DNA of 64,000 bases. Origin: Octopus vulgaris. Taxonomy: Eukaryota. Each line of letters opens with the position of its first letter. Position 1 is the first letter of the stretch. Below the pieces are notes generated by a model. That model worked only from the letters and a program-made list of their open reading frames with translations, was not told the DNA's origin and searched no databases. The stretch lies in NCBI GenBank assembly GCA_951406725.2, contig OX597817.1:132060001-132124000 (forward strand). The letters run 5' to 3'. The position numbers and the translations under genes were made by a program. This document shows, one piece after another, positions 1 to 15,245 of the stretch.

Positions 1-693
1 GTGTCGATCTAATCAACTGGCCCCCTCCCCTAAAATTTCGGGTCTTGTGCCTAGAGTAGAAAAGATTAACAATATGTGAATGCACGATAGGGTTGCCATG
101 GCTTGGGATCTGTGTCTCTAAGGAATATTAGAAGTTTTAAGCATCATCAATCATCATCAATCACACGAGTTGAAGAAGCATACCAACTGATGTTACTCGA
201 CTGCGTTTCTATTTATAAACACGGCTTTGTTGTAGTTCGAACACCACCGTGAGGCAGTTTAGAGTTACTGCTTAACATTACTGCTAACAATGCAACAAAC
301 TATTATGGAATTGGTAATATTCTCTGGGTGTTAATATTAATAATAATAAAAGTAGCCTGGTGACAGACTCGTTAGCACCGTGGGAAAAATGCTACGTTTC
401 CTATCGAAACATCAGATGTATACAAGCAATGTATTCGGAGACAAACCTTTAATATATAAATATATTACGTGTTCTGCATGGCGTGGTGTAATACCTGAAT
501 ATGTCATGTTTTTTCTATCAATTTTTTTGTTTTCCATTTTGCAACCAACGAATATTAAAAAATTGATCATATTTTGAAGTGTTTCTGAATGTTTTTCTCT
601 GTATATTGTCACGCTGCTTATCCTTCTTCACTCACTGTAAAAATCAGCTGCAGAAAACTCTGAGTAATGATTCAAGAAATATTAGATGTTACT

Positions 694-725
<32 letters not shown>

Positions 726-993
726 TGCGTGGAGGGCGTGTGTGACCGTGCATGTGTGTGCGAGTTTGTGCATGATTTTGTGCGCTTTTCAGTGTGGTAA
801 GTGGCTCAGTGTATAAAGAAGAGCTCTTCAGGTCTGGTACATGATTTGGTTTGGAATAAGAGTTAAAATCAATTTACTTACGGCTTTCAGAACTCTTGAG
901 AATATTATGAACGCACTAAACCTCACAGCAAATTCTCCATGCTTAAACAAGGAATCCACAGATGTTGTTACATTGATATATATGTGTGTGTAA

Positions 994-1037
<44 letters not shown>

Positions 1038-1386
1038 GTATATAGGTATGTATAGACGTGCATGCAGATACAGGAATATGTATAACTCAAATAAGAGGAA
1101 ATTAAAAAGTTCCTCCAAGAAATGGAGAAAGAGAGAGAAAAAAACGGCGAATTTGTTCAAGTCTGTGTGAAATTGTCTAAAATTGCACGGTTTGCTAGGC
1201 TCAAAGTGGATTTCAGATAGAAAGCATTGAGAGAGAGCGTATTGATCTACAAAACTTGTGTTTCGTAATTGCTGAACCATAAATAAAAGACAGCATCCTT
1301 GAATTTCCTGACGTTTATAGAACTTGCAAGGAAGCGGCTTCCATAGTAGTTTCCACATACATCAACGTAGACACAATTTATATGTA

Positions 1387-1443
<57 letters not shown>

Positions 1444-1565
1444 GCATATATGGGAACGTTGCGAGCATCCAAAGACGAGATTACGTTTTTGAAATATTGC
1501 TATAGATTCTAGTATGCATTATTTCCAATAATATACTAATTTACAGTTTTTGCTTCATTGTGTGT

Positions 1566-1621
<56 letters not shown>

Positions 1622-1792
1622 GTGTGTATGTGTGTACAAACATATACATGTGTGTGCGTTTATGTGCATGAGCATGTGTGCATGCATGTGTGTGTCTGCG
1701 TGTGTGTGTTTGTGTATGTGTGTTTGTGAGTATGAGCAAGTGTGCATGCATGTCTGTGTACGCATGTGTGTAGTCGTGTGCTTATATGTGTT

Positions 1793-1831
<39 letters not shown>

Positions 1832-1835
1832 TATT

Positions 1836-1913
<78 letters not shown>

Positions 1914-2084
1914 CATATATATCTGTGTATGGTGAAGGTTGCTTTCTGCATTGATTCTGAAAGCAATTATTCGGTGGTAACGATGTGTAAAAAATTTATT
2001 TAAATAAATCCTCTGCCCTTGAGAAAGACATTAGTGTTTACACACAGAAACACTGCAAATAACACACTCACATACAGAAACGCA

Positions 2085-2163
<79 letters not shown>

Positions 2164-2389
2164 GCACAAACACACACACGCACATGCATGCGCAAGGGCT
2201 TATATATAAATTACATAGAAATGCACATATGCGAAAACAGGACGCAGAAACGGAAAACATGCACTTACACAAATATATATACGTGTGTGTGTGTGTGTGT
2301 GTGTGTGTCTGTGTGTGTGTGTATATCTTAATATGTTTCTTGATATATTTGCATGTATGTATGTATGTATGTAAGTATGCATCGCTCTG

Positions 2390-2442
<53 letters not shown>

Positions 2443-2608
2443 TAAACACATGAACACATGTGTTTGTATGTGCGTATATGAACGTGTGTGCATGTGTATG
2501 CGTGTGTATGTGTGTGTGTGCTACGTACATTTATACGAACATACATACATACGTACATCCAAATAGACACATCTATGTATGCATATATGTATGTATGTAT
2601 CTATCTTT

Positions 2609-2666
<58 letters not shown>

Positions 2667-2724
2667 GGCGGTGCCCCAGCATGGCCACAGCTCATAAGCT
2701 GAAACAACTAGAATCAATCAATCA

Positions 2725-2833
<109 letters not shown>

Positions 2834-2917
2834 TTATTTTAGGGTCTATTATCTCTTTATGTATCTATCTATCTTTATAATCTTTGTAACAGTCTCTGTC
2901 TCTCTTACTCTCTCTTA

Positions 2918-3004
<87 letters not shown>

Positions 3005-3085
3005 CGTATATGTGTATACACATATGTATATACATTTATGCATACATAGATGCTTCTATAAATGCATATTTGTGTGCGTCATATT

Positions 3086-3128
<43 letters not shown>

Positions 3129-4509
3129 GTATGTATATATATGCATATATATATATATGCATCTGCAAAGATAAATAAATATACATATACACACTCGCTC
3201 GTCGATCATATACACTTATATATTTGTGTATTCTGTAGTAAAAAAAAAATCAGGAATTTCTTAAATATATATAATATATAACAGACACTTTCCAACAGAC
3301 GATCAAATTAAAACTTATTTCTTTCCTATAATGTTGTGTCTCAGTTATTCTTTTGAGAGGAAAATCTTTGTTGGCCACTTCTAATTGATTTTATATCCAA
3401 TCAATAATCACAACCCCGCCGTAACAACAGCACACAAATGGTGTCTTGCTATTTTTTAGTCATATATTTTATTTTTGCTCGAAATAAAATTTCCGGTTGA
3501 CTGTGTGTGAGTATATATTTAATAAAATATCGAATATGTAAAATATATAGAGTTTTCTTTCCCGTTCTTCTGTGTGTCGGGTGTTCTTGATTGAGCTTCT
3601 TGTTTTCATTTTCTAGTGTCTATTCAGTTTTCTTATTGTTATCATGTCATTCTTTCTAGAACAATCTTGCTGTTTCTAAATTTCTCATATTTTTGTCCAT
3701 TTCTTCTTCGTTTTAAATTTCTCAGTTGTAATTTCGATTATATTTCATTCAACCTATCATTATTGTTTACTTTGTAAACAGATAGAATAAAGAATCCCAG
3801 ATGTATATATATAGCTTTATAGTTTTATGTATATACATGTATATATACACATATATATGCATATATGCAAATATATATATATATATATTTATATATAATA
3901 TATATATTTTATAGATATATATGCATATACATATACTCGCACAAACATACGCACACACACACACGCACACGCACACATATACATTTAGGTTGTTGCACTG
4001 ATGACCGCTAGAGAGAGGTTTCGATTCTCGGAAAGAACGGCGCGTTGTGTTATTCGACAAAGCACTGCCTGTTATGTCGCTCTGAGTGCATTACGACATA
4101 TGGCGAGTTGCACACCTGGGAACCTGAACATGTAGTGTCTATTTCGCTGAGGGGAGTAGATAATGTACAGCACACGCATTTGATCACTATAAACAAATCA
4201 TTTGTGCAGATCGTTCAGCAAAAATCTAACACTCAAACTTCGACGGGCGATTCCGTCATACATATATATATATAAAACTCGGATCGGCTTTCACAGCATA
4301 CCCAGCCAAGGCACATAGGTCTTAAACTATTTCCCTGGCCCCATTTTCGTTCCGCCATCTTTTTCACAGCAGCCGCTTACCAGTTGTGCTCATCCAACTC
4401 CGATAACAGAGATCAGTCGCCATATTCCTTTCCAACACTGATGAGCGTAAAGTTATATAATCAGTTTCTTACACACATACATACATACATACATACATAC
4501 ATACATACA

Positions 4510-4543
<34 letters not shown>

Positions 4544-4676
4544 CATTCATATATACATACATGCCTAACGGAACTTTAAATTAAATGGTGTATCGGTGCA
4601 TATATTTGTATTCCTTAAAACATGCAAATTTTTTAAAACTTCGTTTTCGATTTTCTGTTTCTTTTCTGTTCTGCAG

Positions 4677-4829
4677 TTCAAATCAGCTTTGAGGAGACCT
4701 GTTGTAGCGGAAGTGTCAATTCTTGAGTTAGCAGATAAACTGAATAACCATACCAAGTTCAATTCATACACAAACCCAATCGATATAGCAACCATTATCG
4801 ATCTGCTTGGTATGTTGGTCGAGACACAG
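4677..4829 (+). CDS. Internal coding exon of a putative adhesion GPCR (start of GAIN subdomain A)
   Basis: Pyrimidine tract ttttctgtttcttttctgttctgcag| and donor |gtaagt; 153 nt, phase 0-0; FKSALRRPVVAEVSILELADKLNNHTKFNSYTNPIDIATIIDLLGMLVETQ, resembling the first GAIN helices of latrophilins (recalled pattern ELARHT..IYAGDV...LLDILDAQ). Confidence 0.85.
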
Positions 4830-5032
4830 GTAAGTACATTCTCGAAAGTATATTAGCGTACATTTAAACACAGAATCAGTTATACTTACAGGTATTTTTC
4901 CAGGAATACATGATGCAATTTTCTTTTAATGTGTTTAGATATTTTTGCATTACTTCCTGTGTGTTCAATTTAAATCAAAGTATTTGCCAGAAACTCCATC
5001 TTGTAAACAGGAAAACCCTCTCAATATTTTCA

Positions 5033-5795
5033 AACTGAGTGCAAATTCCGCCCAGGTCGGCTTGGCCTTTCATCCTTTCGGGGTCGATAAATTAAGTACC
5101 AGTTGCGTACTGGGGTCGATCTAATCGATTGGCTCCCTCCCCCAAAATTTAGTAGAAAAGAAAAGACTATTTTCAAATTGTGTAAGGCGGTGAACTGACA
5201 GAATCATTACTGCGCCTGGCAGACTGCTTCGCGGCATTTCTTCCGTCTTTACGTCTTTACCGAGGTAGATTTTTGACCTTTACACTTTCTCGGTCGATAA
5301 AACAAGTACCAATTGAGCACTAGGGTCCATGTAAACTACTTACCCATCCCCGAAGATGCTGGCCTTGTACCAATATTTGAAGCCAATAGTTTTCAAACTG
5401 TTATGGCCGCGAGCTGGCAAAGTAGTTAGCACGATGAGTCGAATACTAAGCGGCATTTCGTCCGTCCTTAGGTTCAAATGCTGCTGCAACTTTGCGTTTC
5501 ACCATTTCGGGCTAAATAAAATAAGGACCAGATGACCAGTGGGGTGGATATAATCGAAACCAATATTTTTTTCAAATTCTGTATATTTCTATTCATATTT
5601 CTGTGGTGTAGAATCGTTTGTGCGTCGGACAAAATGCTTAGCGGCATTTCTACTGATTTATTACGTTCTGGGTTCAACTCCCACCGAGATATCAATTTTG
5701 CTTTTAATCGTTTCTGGTTCGATAAAATAAGTACCAGTTCAGTACTTGGTGTCGAGGTAATTATTTGAAAATGTCTGATTTGTACCAAAAACTAG
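5033..5795 (+). mobile_element. Cluster of about four head-to-tail SINE family B copies
   Basis: Repeated ttagcggcatttc and gtcgataaa..aagtacc blocks at about 5033-5165, 5184-5385, 5405-5555 and 5605-5795. Confidence 0.75.
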
Positions 5796-6749
5796 GAAGA
5801 GTGTTTATCCTGAGTCAATTGTAAAGTTAAATCAAAGGCCTTCTGAGTATGGCCATGACACATATTTATCTGTACATAGTCATATAGTTTTGAATCAAAC
5901 AATCCGTTCATTGTTTCAAACGATACAGTATAAATTGAACGGAGGCAACCTCATAATCTTACATGTAATCAATTTTAATCATTCTGTCCATTGGTTGAAA
6001 TGGTACAGTGTAATTTGTAAGATAACCAGCTGATATTTGTAGCAGATGAATGCGCATGGCTTAGAGGTGAGGAGAAGTCGGTTAACGATTGTAACGTCAT
6101 GAGTTCGATTGCCGGCGGCACGTTCTGCCCTTGAGACAGACACTATATTTCATGTTGCTGTAATCCTTCCAGCTGACAACAAATGGGCCAGGATTATCAT
6201 ATTCTGTGTCACGCTGAATCTCTTTTAGAACAGCGTTAAGTGTACGAGTGTCTGTGGAGTGCTCAGCAACACGTATATTAATTTCGCTAGCAGACTGTTC
6301 CGTTAATCGGATCAACTGGAACTTTCGACGTCTTAACCGACGAATGCCAGTAACTTTTAGCAGGCGAAGACTACTTCCTTGGCTGCCAGAAATGGCAATC
6401 AATCAGATGCAAAAATCTATTAGCAAGCAATTTCGTTTTTTAATATTATGCTATTTGGATGTGTCAAAGTGGATTTCTTTTCTATGAGATTGAAAGCTTA
6501 ATAAAACAATCTGAAAATGAAGGAATGGTTTGATCTGTGTCAGTTTATAGAAGTCACGATACTTTCTATAATTGACGATTCACGCTATTACTCCACATTT
6601 CTCACTTACTTTCAGACACACATTACAGCAGTTTTTCTTTTGGTTTTCTATTGAGCATTTATTGTGCATGAAGAATCGATATATTGCCGTGATGTTTGCG
6701 ACTTCCAGAAGGGCAATTGATATATGTACATAAACATACATGTACATAT

Positions 6750-6812
<63 letters not shown>

Positions 6813-6835
6813 GAGAGAGAGAGAGATTGAAGATG

Positions 6836-6887
<52 letters not shown>

Positions 6888-7282
6888 TTTTTGTGTGTCT
6901 GCATACATACACACATATATATATGTATGTATGTTTGTAAGTATATGTTGATGAGTAGATAAATTGATAGATGGATAGGTAGATATAGATGAATACACAG
7001 ATAACTATAGATATAGGCATGCATATTGTACAGTTGGCGAGTGAAAAAAAATGCATAGATTAAGAATTAGCGAAAGCATAACAAGTGGTGATGTGTGAAC
7101 TAAAGAAAGTTGCGTATGACATGGTTGCCCTTGCCATACACAGGCAAAGCATTAACGCTGATTTTATACATACATATTTCTACATGCGTATGCATATATA
7201 TGTGCGTGTGTGCATGTATATATATGTTTCCATGTATTTACATGTGTGTACGTATGCATCTATGTATGTATGGATGTATGAG

Positions 7283-7330
<48 letters not shown>

Positions 7331-7531
7331 CATGTGTGTATGTATGTATGTATATATATGTGTGTGTGTGTATGTATGTATCTATGTATGCATGTATGTG
7401 TGTATGTATGTATGTATAGGCGCAGGAGTAGCTGTGCGGTAAGAAGCTTGCTTACCAACCGTGTCTTCTACTATAGCCTCTACTAAGCCCTGTGAGTGGA
7501 TTTGGTAGACAGAAAACGAAAGTAGCCAGTC

Positions 7532-7563
<32 letters not shown>

Positions 7564-8585
7564 TCTTTGTAAGCTTAGTACTTATTCTATCGGTCTCTTT
7601 TGCCGATTCGCTAAGTTACGGGAAAGCAAACCAACCACCATCGGTTGTCAAGCGATGAGGAGGGGGGGAACACAGACACACAAACATATACACACACATA
7701 ATATATATATACATATATACGACGAGCTTCTTCCAGTTTCCGTCTACCAAATCTACTAACAAGACTTTAGTCGGCCCGAGGCTATAGTAGAAGACACTTG
7801 CCTAAGGTGCCACGCAGCAGGATTGAACCCAGAATCATGTGGGAAGTCCTGGGATCGATTTGTTCGACTATACATCAGTTGAGATTGCTGGTAGATACAC
7901 GGTATTTCGTTATGCAAGCATATCAAAGGCTTTACAATTCCTACCATGTTAGCAGTGCGATTCCATCACTTTTTAAAAGTGATCTCTATAGACTTTCTAC
8001 AGAATTCAGAGCCTGCACTGAAAGTCACAACGTTTCGTATACGAATACGTCTATGTAAACACTGGAATTTCTTTATTGCCCACAAGAGGCTAAACACAGA
8101 GGGAACAAATAAGGACAGACAAAGGGATTAAGTCGATTACATCGACTCCAGTGTGTGAGAGAAAAAGAGAGAGAAAGAGGATGGAAGGAAGATGGAGAAA
8201 TGTGTGCGTGTCGGTTACAGGTTATGGAGATAAGTAAATGACGGAGAACGAAGGCACAAGTAAAGTCTCACGATATTATGGTGTGTCTCGCTAAGTTTCC
8301 ACTGAAAAAAGTTTCAGAATGTGCATTAGATATTAATATATAATATTTAGTACATCTATAAAATTATGTTATATTGACACCAGACAGAGGTAGTTGGTTG
8401 GCATTCATTTATGTTTTTAATAAATTATACAGCAACCCGAATGATTTGAATAATATGAGAAGTTTGAGCTTTCTAATTATACAGGGGGCGCTCTCTTATA
8501 TAATTAATGATTCTGTTATTGTCTAACTATGTTTAGTTGTAATTTATCAGTAATTCTGTACAAAATGTTATTACTGTGTCATAGT

Positions 8586-8675
<90 letters not shown>

Positions 8676-9395
8676 TGTATATATATATATAGACACACAA
8701 AATATTTGGGCCTTCTTCGATTGTCTTAATAAGGTGCGTGAACTTCCATTGATTTCATAAACATATAATCGATATGTTACTATGCTAATATAAAAGACGG
8801 TGAGAGTGGGTATATGTGATCGTCGGCGTTGCTTGAAATAACAGTGAAATAACTCAGAAATCACGCCCTGACTTCTCATAAACAATAGAAAAAATAGAAG
8901 CAGATTTATGTTCATAGATTAAGATAAAAATCCTAAACATGAGATGATATTGTCGTGGTTGGAATATGTTTAATCATAGGCATCTTCAATCATTTCCGGC
9001 TTGTTTTCTAAATAACAAGTAGACACTATACAAGTTTAGAACTTCAAAGCATGTTCGTGCTAATATCGTTTGGCCAATCGGTGCATTTTACCAGACTAGT
9101 CGATCAAGCCGATTGGCAAAACTTGAACTTTTCATCAGGTTTGTTTCCACATTATATATATTTCTTTTTTACTCTTTACTCTTATACTTGTTTCAGTCAT
9201 TTGACTGCGGCCATGCTGGAGCACCGCCTTTAGTCGAGCAAATCTACCCCAGGACTTATTCTTTGTAAGCCTAGTACTTATTCTATCGGTCTCTTTTGCC
9301 GAACCGCTAAGTTACGGGGATGTAAACACACCAGCATCGGTTGTCAAGCGATGTTGGGGGCACAAACGCAGACACAAACACACACACACACGCAC

Positions 9396-9428
<33 letters not shown>

Positions 9429-10103
9429 CGACTTTTGACGTCACAATCCTTGTGAGTGGATTTTGTAGACGGAAACTGAGAGAAGCCCATCGAATATGTG
9501 TTTATATGTGTGTGTGTGTGTGTGTGTCTATATTTGTGTGTGTGGGTATATGTATGTATATGTTGGTGTGTTTACGTCCCCGTAATTTAGCAGTTTGGCA
9601 AAAGACACCGATAGAATAGGTACTAGGCTTACAAAGAATAAGTCCTAGGGTCGGTTTGTTTGACTAAAGGTGGTGCTCCATTATGGCCTCAGTCAAACGA
9701 CCGAAACAAATAAAAGAATAAAAGAATAATATATTTATCAAGTGATCGAGCAGATTACTGGATGTTGTTACGCGTCGCTGATCACAGCGCACTTTGCATC
9801 GTTTTAAATTTTGAATGATGCCACCCCACCACGCTGGCCAGGTAAGCAGCCAAACATTAACCATTGATCGGGAGACCAGTCTGTCACAGGGTGGTGACCC
9901 ATTTGCAGCTGAGTGGACTGGACCAATGTGAAATGAAGTGTTTTGCTCAAGAACACAACGAGCAGCGGGTTTAGAATTCTAAACCACGATCACATATTTG
10001 TGAGTGCAACACGCCTAAACACTAAAACTCGCGCCTTCTCATACATACATGCATACATACATACATACATACATACATACATACATACATACATACATAC
10101 ATG

Positions 10104-10135
<32 letters not shown>

Positions 10136-10520
10136 CATACATACATACATATATACATACATATATACATACATACATATATACATACATATATACATAC
10201 ATACATGCATATATACATACATACATACATACATATATGCATACATACATACATACATACATACATACAAACATACATACATACATACATGTATAGTTTT
10301 TGATAGGCCGTTCTATTTGTATTTTATTCGATTATACATTTTTACCTTCTGGGATTTTATGTGTATGTATTATTTTTTATGTGTTTGAAAACCATGGTGA
10401 TTTATATATACGATAAAATGTTTGAGGGGTGGTGTTGAGTGTTGCGTGTAACGTCGTCGACCCAAATTTAATGTTTGTTCTATAACCAACGCTTCTTTAT
10501 ATATATATATATATATGTAG

Positions 10521-10660
10521 GTCCCGGGTTGAGTCGGGGTTAACCACAGTAAATAAGGTACTCATTGCCAAAACTTATTTTGACAGCAAGCTTCCTGATG
10601 ATTTCTTTTGAATGAAACAGTTCTAGTCCTGTAGAAGCTCCTTCTATAAAATAAATACAT
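10521..10660 (+). mobile_element. Short HHR-bearing repeat, 5' part (putative non-autonomous Penelope-like derivative) between (TA)n tracts
   Basis: Shares gaaacagttctagtcctgtagaagctccttctata with 39827-39861; its first 44 nt are the reverse complement of 39891-39933. Confidence 0.65.
10589..10639 (+). ncRNA. Type I hammerhead ribozyme motif
   Basis: Stem I agcttc/gaagct (6 bp); core CUGAUGA (10595-10601); stem II ttc-tttt-gaa with a U-U closing mismatch; GAAA (10614-10617); stem III acag/ctgt; GUA triplet with predicted cleavage after 10633. Confidence 0.75.
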
Positions 10661-10665
10661 ATATA

Positions 10666-10763
<98 letters not shown>

Positions 10764-10957
10764 ATGGAACCTTCGAAACGCGGAGTAGATAAAACAGGGG
10801 ACAACTGATGAAGGGATTGTTTTACGTGTTGCCCTTCTCGTTTCTTTATTTGTTTCTTTCATTGTTCGAAAAAAAGTACGTTTTCCGTGTTTTTGTTTTT
10901 TTATGTTCTCGTTTTTCATTTTGCTCACGTTTTTTGACGTCCTGTACCCATATATGC

Positions 10958-11029
<72 letters not shown>

Positions 11030-11043
11030 TATAGGTAAGTACA

Positions 11044-11086
<43 letters not shown>

Positions 11087-11479
11087 GCATACATACATAC
11101 ACACATATATAATATATATATACATATATGTGTATATATATTCATGAATGTATACATACACACACACATACACGTATATATATTTATGTGTATATATATA
11201 TATATATATATATACACTCACACACACACACATTAACAATTGTTACATTGGTTTGTATATACTTTCATGTATCATGTCTCTAGTGTTCTCTCTTCTCTCC
11301 TTCTTCTTTCTCTCTCTCTTTCTCTCTCTCTATTTCTCTCTCTGTTTCGACCGACGTGATTATTTATAACATACTTCCTGTTACTTCTATTCGCAGTATT
11401 GCACTTAATTATTATTTATTAATCAATTAGAAAATCCATTAGCGAAAACCTATTGTATATATATTGTTTGATATTTCAG

Positions 11480-11584
11480 GGTGTGTCAATTCATGTCGTC
11501 TCCTGGAATGATGGCAAAGACAATTATGCGCGTACCCAAACTAACTACAACCCCACCATGGTACAGACGAAGGTGTTTGCACAG
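11480..11584 (+). CDS. Internal coding exon of the same putative adhesion GPCR
   Basis: atatttcag| acceptor, |gtaagt donor; 105 nt, phase 0-0, no stops: GVSIHVVSWNDGKDNYARTQTNYNPTMVQTKVFAQ; in frame with both neighbours. Confidence 0.8.
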
Positions 11585-11660
11585 GTAAGTTTAATGTAGA
11601 TACACATGTTTAATCGATAACCGACGCTAAAGAGGCTCAGAGACATATCGTAGATGAATA

Positions 11661-11706
<46 letters not shown>

Positions 11707-12665
11707 TGCAATAGATAAATAGGAATGTGCACTCAGTGTCTCTTCTTTTTCACATTCGTTTATCTCACTTTTAAATTTCTAATGTCGCATCCTGTTGCGA
11801 GGGTTATCTCCCTTTAAGACATTTGCCAGATATGCATCAGACCATGCTTCATGAAAACTGTACTCTCCTTATATAAGTCTGCGTGCTTTCGTTCTTTAAG
11901 GGTTTGAAGGCGACCAGCTGACAAAATCGTTAGCACACCAGGGCAAAATGCTTAGCGGCATTTCTCTGTAGTTTCTGAGTTCAATTTGCTCCTAGGTCGA
12001 CTTTACCTTTCACCCTTTCAGGTTTGATAACATAATTACTACCTAATCACTTGTGTTGATGAATTCAACTTACCCCCACCTAGTACCCATTGCAGACATG
12101 ACTCTTTAGGGGGTTGATAAAAATTTACCAATTAGGCGGAACTGTAAGATGCTGAACTGGAGGCCTTGCAGTATTCGTTCCTGCTTTTTTTTTCCCGTTC
12201 TGGGTTCAAATCTCGCAATGGTCTATATGGGTGGTAGGTTTAATTCGCTGACCAATTTAACAACATCTGGATATATAGGGGTCTTTTGATGAAGCTATTC
12301 TGTTGCCAGTTCTCGAAAAAGGTATCTGCTTAGAAAATACTTCCCCTAATAGCCCAATTAGGGAGCGAAGAAGCGATCTACCCAGGGCAATAATTTTATG
12401 GGGGCGGCATTTTTGGGATCTGCTGCAAAAGCTTGTATGGGCAACAAAATCAAGGCTTTCACCGAGGGGCACCCGCTCTAGCCACGTCACTATCTTCCCT
12501 CTCCTTTCTACTTCTTTTGGCGGCCCCGTAGAGGATCATGGCTGATACCTTCCCTCTTGTTTAAAAATATCCAAATACACAACCGACACCAAAACACTAC
12601 AATGATAGTCAGTATATTATTTATAACTCATTTCCTGGCATCAAAGTTGTCGTTCAGTTTTATAC

Positions 12666-13060
<395 letters not shown>

Positions 13061-13164
13061 ACGTAAAGAATCTATGGTCACCGTTGTTACACACACACAC
13101 ACACACAAACACACACATACACACACACACATACATACACACACACACACAAACATACACACTG

Positions 13165-13458
13165 GTTCTCCGTCGGTTACGACGACGAGAATCCCAGTTG
13201 CTCTGATCAACGGAACAATCTGCTGAGCACTCTACAGACAGGGTATCCATAACGAAGTTCTCAGGGAAATTCAGTGTCACGCAGAATGTGACAAGGTTGG
13301 CCGTTTGAATTACGGGTACAATTCGTTTTTTTGTTAGCTGGTTGGACGGGGGCAATGTGAAATGAAGTGTCTTGGAGGATAAAACGTGCCGGCGGGAATC
13401 GATCTCATGACATTATGATCGTGGTACGATAACCCTAACCACTAGTTCACAAGCCTCT
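13165..13458 (-). mobile_element. CORE-type SINE (family E head with family C tail)
   Basis: tRNA-like head, CORE-like aagacacttcatttcacattgc block, tail shared with family C; related copies at about 3985-4260+, 6060-6350+, 9790-10038-, 18770-19050+. Confidence 0.6.
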
Positions 13459-14094
13459 ACAAACACACACACACACATACACACATATATATGCACACAC
13501 ATTCACATACATTCATACACACACATATACTCTCTAACTCTCTCCCACACTCATACATACACACTCTCTCTTTCTCTTACACATACACACTCAAACACAA
13601 ACATACACTCTCAAAACACACACATACACTCACATAACCACACACTCAGACACACATATACGCACACATACTCTCACACATACACACACACACTCGCGCG
13701 CAATATGACATTACAAATCATTTGTCAAACAGGTTTTGCAGTTTTAGTCGGGTAACTTGTCACAACACATTCACACATCACTGCACACCACTTTGAAAAA
13801 CTTCAAAAAGCTCGCTGGAACTAATTTCCCAAAAGACCGAATTAAAGTTTGCACAGTTCAATAATACAATGAAGCCTGTAGATATTGCAATACATACACT
13901 CAATAAAATAAATTTAGATGCATCTGGAAGAAAAAAAAAATAAAGATATACTAACCAGCAACATACAAACAATGGCTCCAACTAAATAACAGAAATAAAA
14001 TAATTCAATAAAAACATAGACACGGCCTTAAACTTATCACTCCGATGACACTCAACAAAATTTGGTTTTCACTTATAATGTATTATCTTTATTA

Positions 14095-14746
14095 GTGGAG
14101 GCGCAATGGTCCAGTGCTTAGGGCAGCGGACTCGTGGTGGTCGTACTCTTTCACCTCAACTTTCTCTCACTCCTTCTTCCTGTATTTCAAAGGCTCCAGC
14201 CTTGTCACACTCTGAGTTAAACCGAATTATCCTGAGAACTACGTTAAAGGTATACGTGTCTGCGGAGTACTCAGCCACTTGCACGCTAATTTCGCGAGTA
14301 AGCTGTTCCATTGATCGGATCAACTGGAACCCTCATCGTCGTAACCGACGGAGTGCCACGATACGAACACAACAATAAAATCTAACGATGTTGGCATCTC
14401 CATCGCTTACACATCCCTGAAGATCGTGATGTCACTTCTGCGCATACCCGTGCGAGTGTTTATTGAGCAAAAACACCTAAAGCTCCACGAGACTCCAGCA
14501 GGGGCTGGTGGCGAACCCTGCTGCACTTTTTCACCACAACTTTCTCGCCTGTTTCTGTTGTACCTGTATGTCAAAAGGGCCGGCTTTGTCACACTCTGTG
14601 TCATGCTGAATCTCCCCGAGAACTTCATTAAGGGTGCGCGTATCTGTGGAATGCTCAGCCACTTGCACGTTACTTTCAGGAGCAGACTGTTCCGTTGATC
14701 GGATCAACTGGAACCCTCGTCGTCGTCGTAACCGACGGGGTGCCAC
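14095..14746 (+). mobile_element. Two tandem SINE family C copies (first internally deleted, second 5'-truncated)
   Basis: Both end in gatcggatcaactggaaccctc...cgtaaccgacgg.gtgccacg. Confidence 0.8.
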
Positions 14747-14779
14747 GACGATTATTTTTATTATTATTATTTTCTATTA

Positions 14780-15245
14780 GGTCGTCTGTCGTTGCCGACG
14801 ATGAGGAAGGAGATTACATGGGAGAAGAAGACGGGGCATAGCGTGTCCGGTTGTGACCAATCATTCCGATGCATGCTCAGAAGACTCTGCTCATATGGAG
14901 CACTGGTTGTCTGTTTGGAGTGAAGGCAAGAAGTTGGGTCTGGACTTGCTCGGTTTGCGTCTTCCTTGTATCCCTGAAATCCTAATCTGTTCGTAGGGGA
15001 TGGCGCCGCTATTAGTGCAGCGGCGCCAGGAAAAGCACTCCTGAGCTTGTGTTTCCTAATGTTGGTGTTGATCTCAATAGCTCATCAGTGAGGTTTTGCA
15101 TGTGTCCTTGAGGTGCTTTTTCTGTCGAGCTTGCGTGCGCTTGCCTTCTACTAATCCCGCTGTATAACGGTCTCCCGTGGATTCGCATATTAGGCATTCG
15201 AAAAAGGTGGCCTCCCCACCAGGTTTGCGCTTTCCTCAGCAACGT
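14780..15245 (-). mobile_element. RTE-clade LINE 3' remnant
   Basis: LRKAQTWWGGHLFRMPNMRI resembles RTE LRW.GH..RM...RIP; decayed C-terminal finger SRVF*ACIGMIGHNRT. Confidence 0.75.

Noticed and set aside
831-985. Open frame after ctcttcag as a possible upstream exon
   Set aside because: No donor site before it runs into a microsatellite, and no hormone-receptor-domain cysteine pattern.
10765-10840. gaaacgcg...ctgatga as a type II hammerhead
   Set aside because: No UH cleavage site after stem III and no convincing stem I or II.
12257-12545. Overlapping ORFs in a GC-richer patch
   Set aside because: No recognisable motif or splice signals; probably a decayed repeat.
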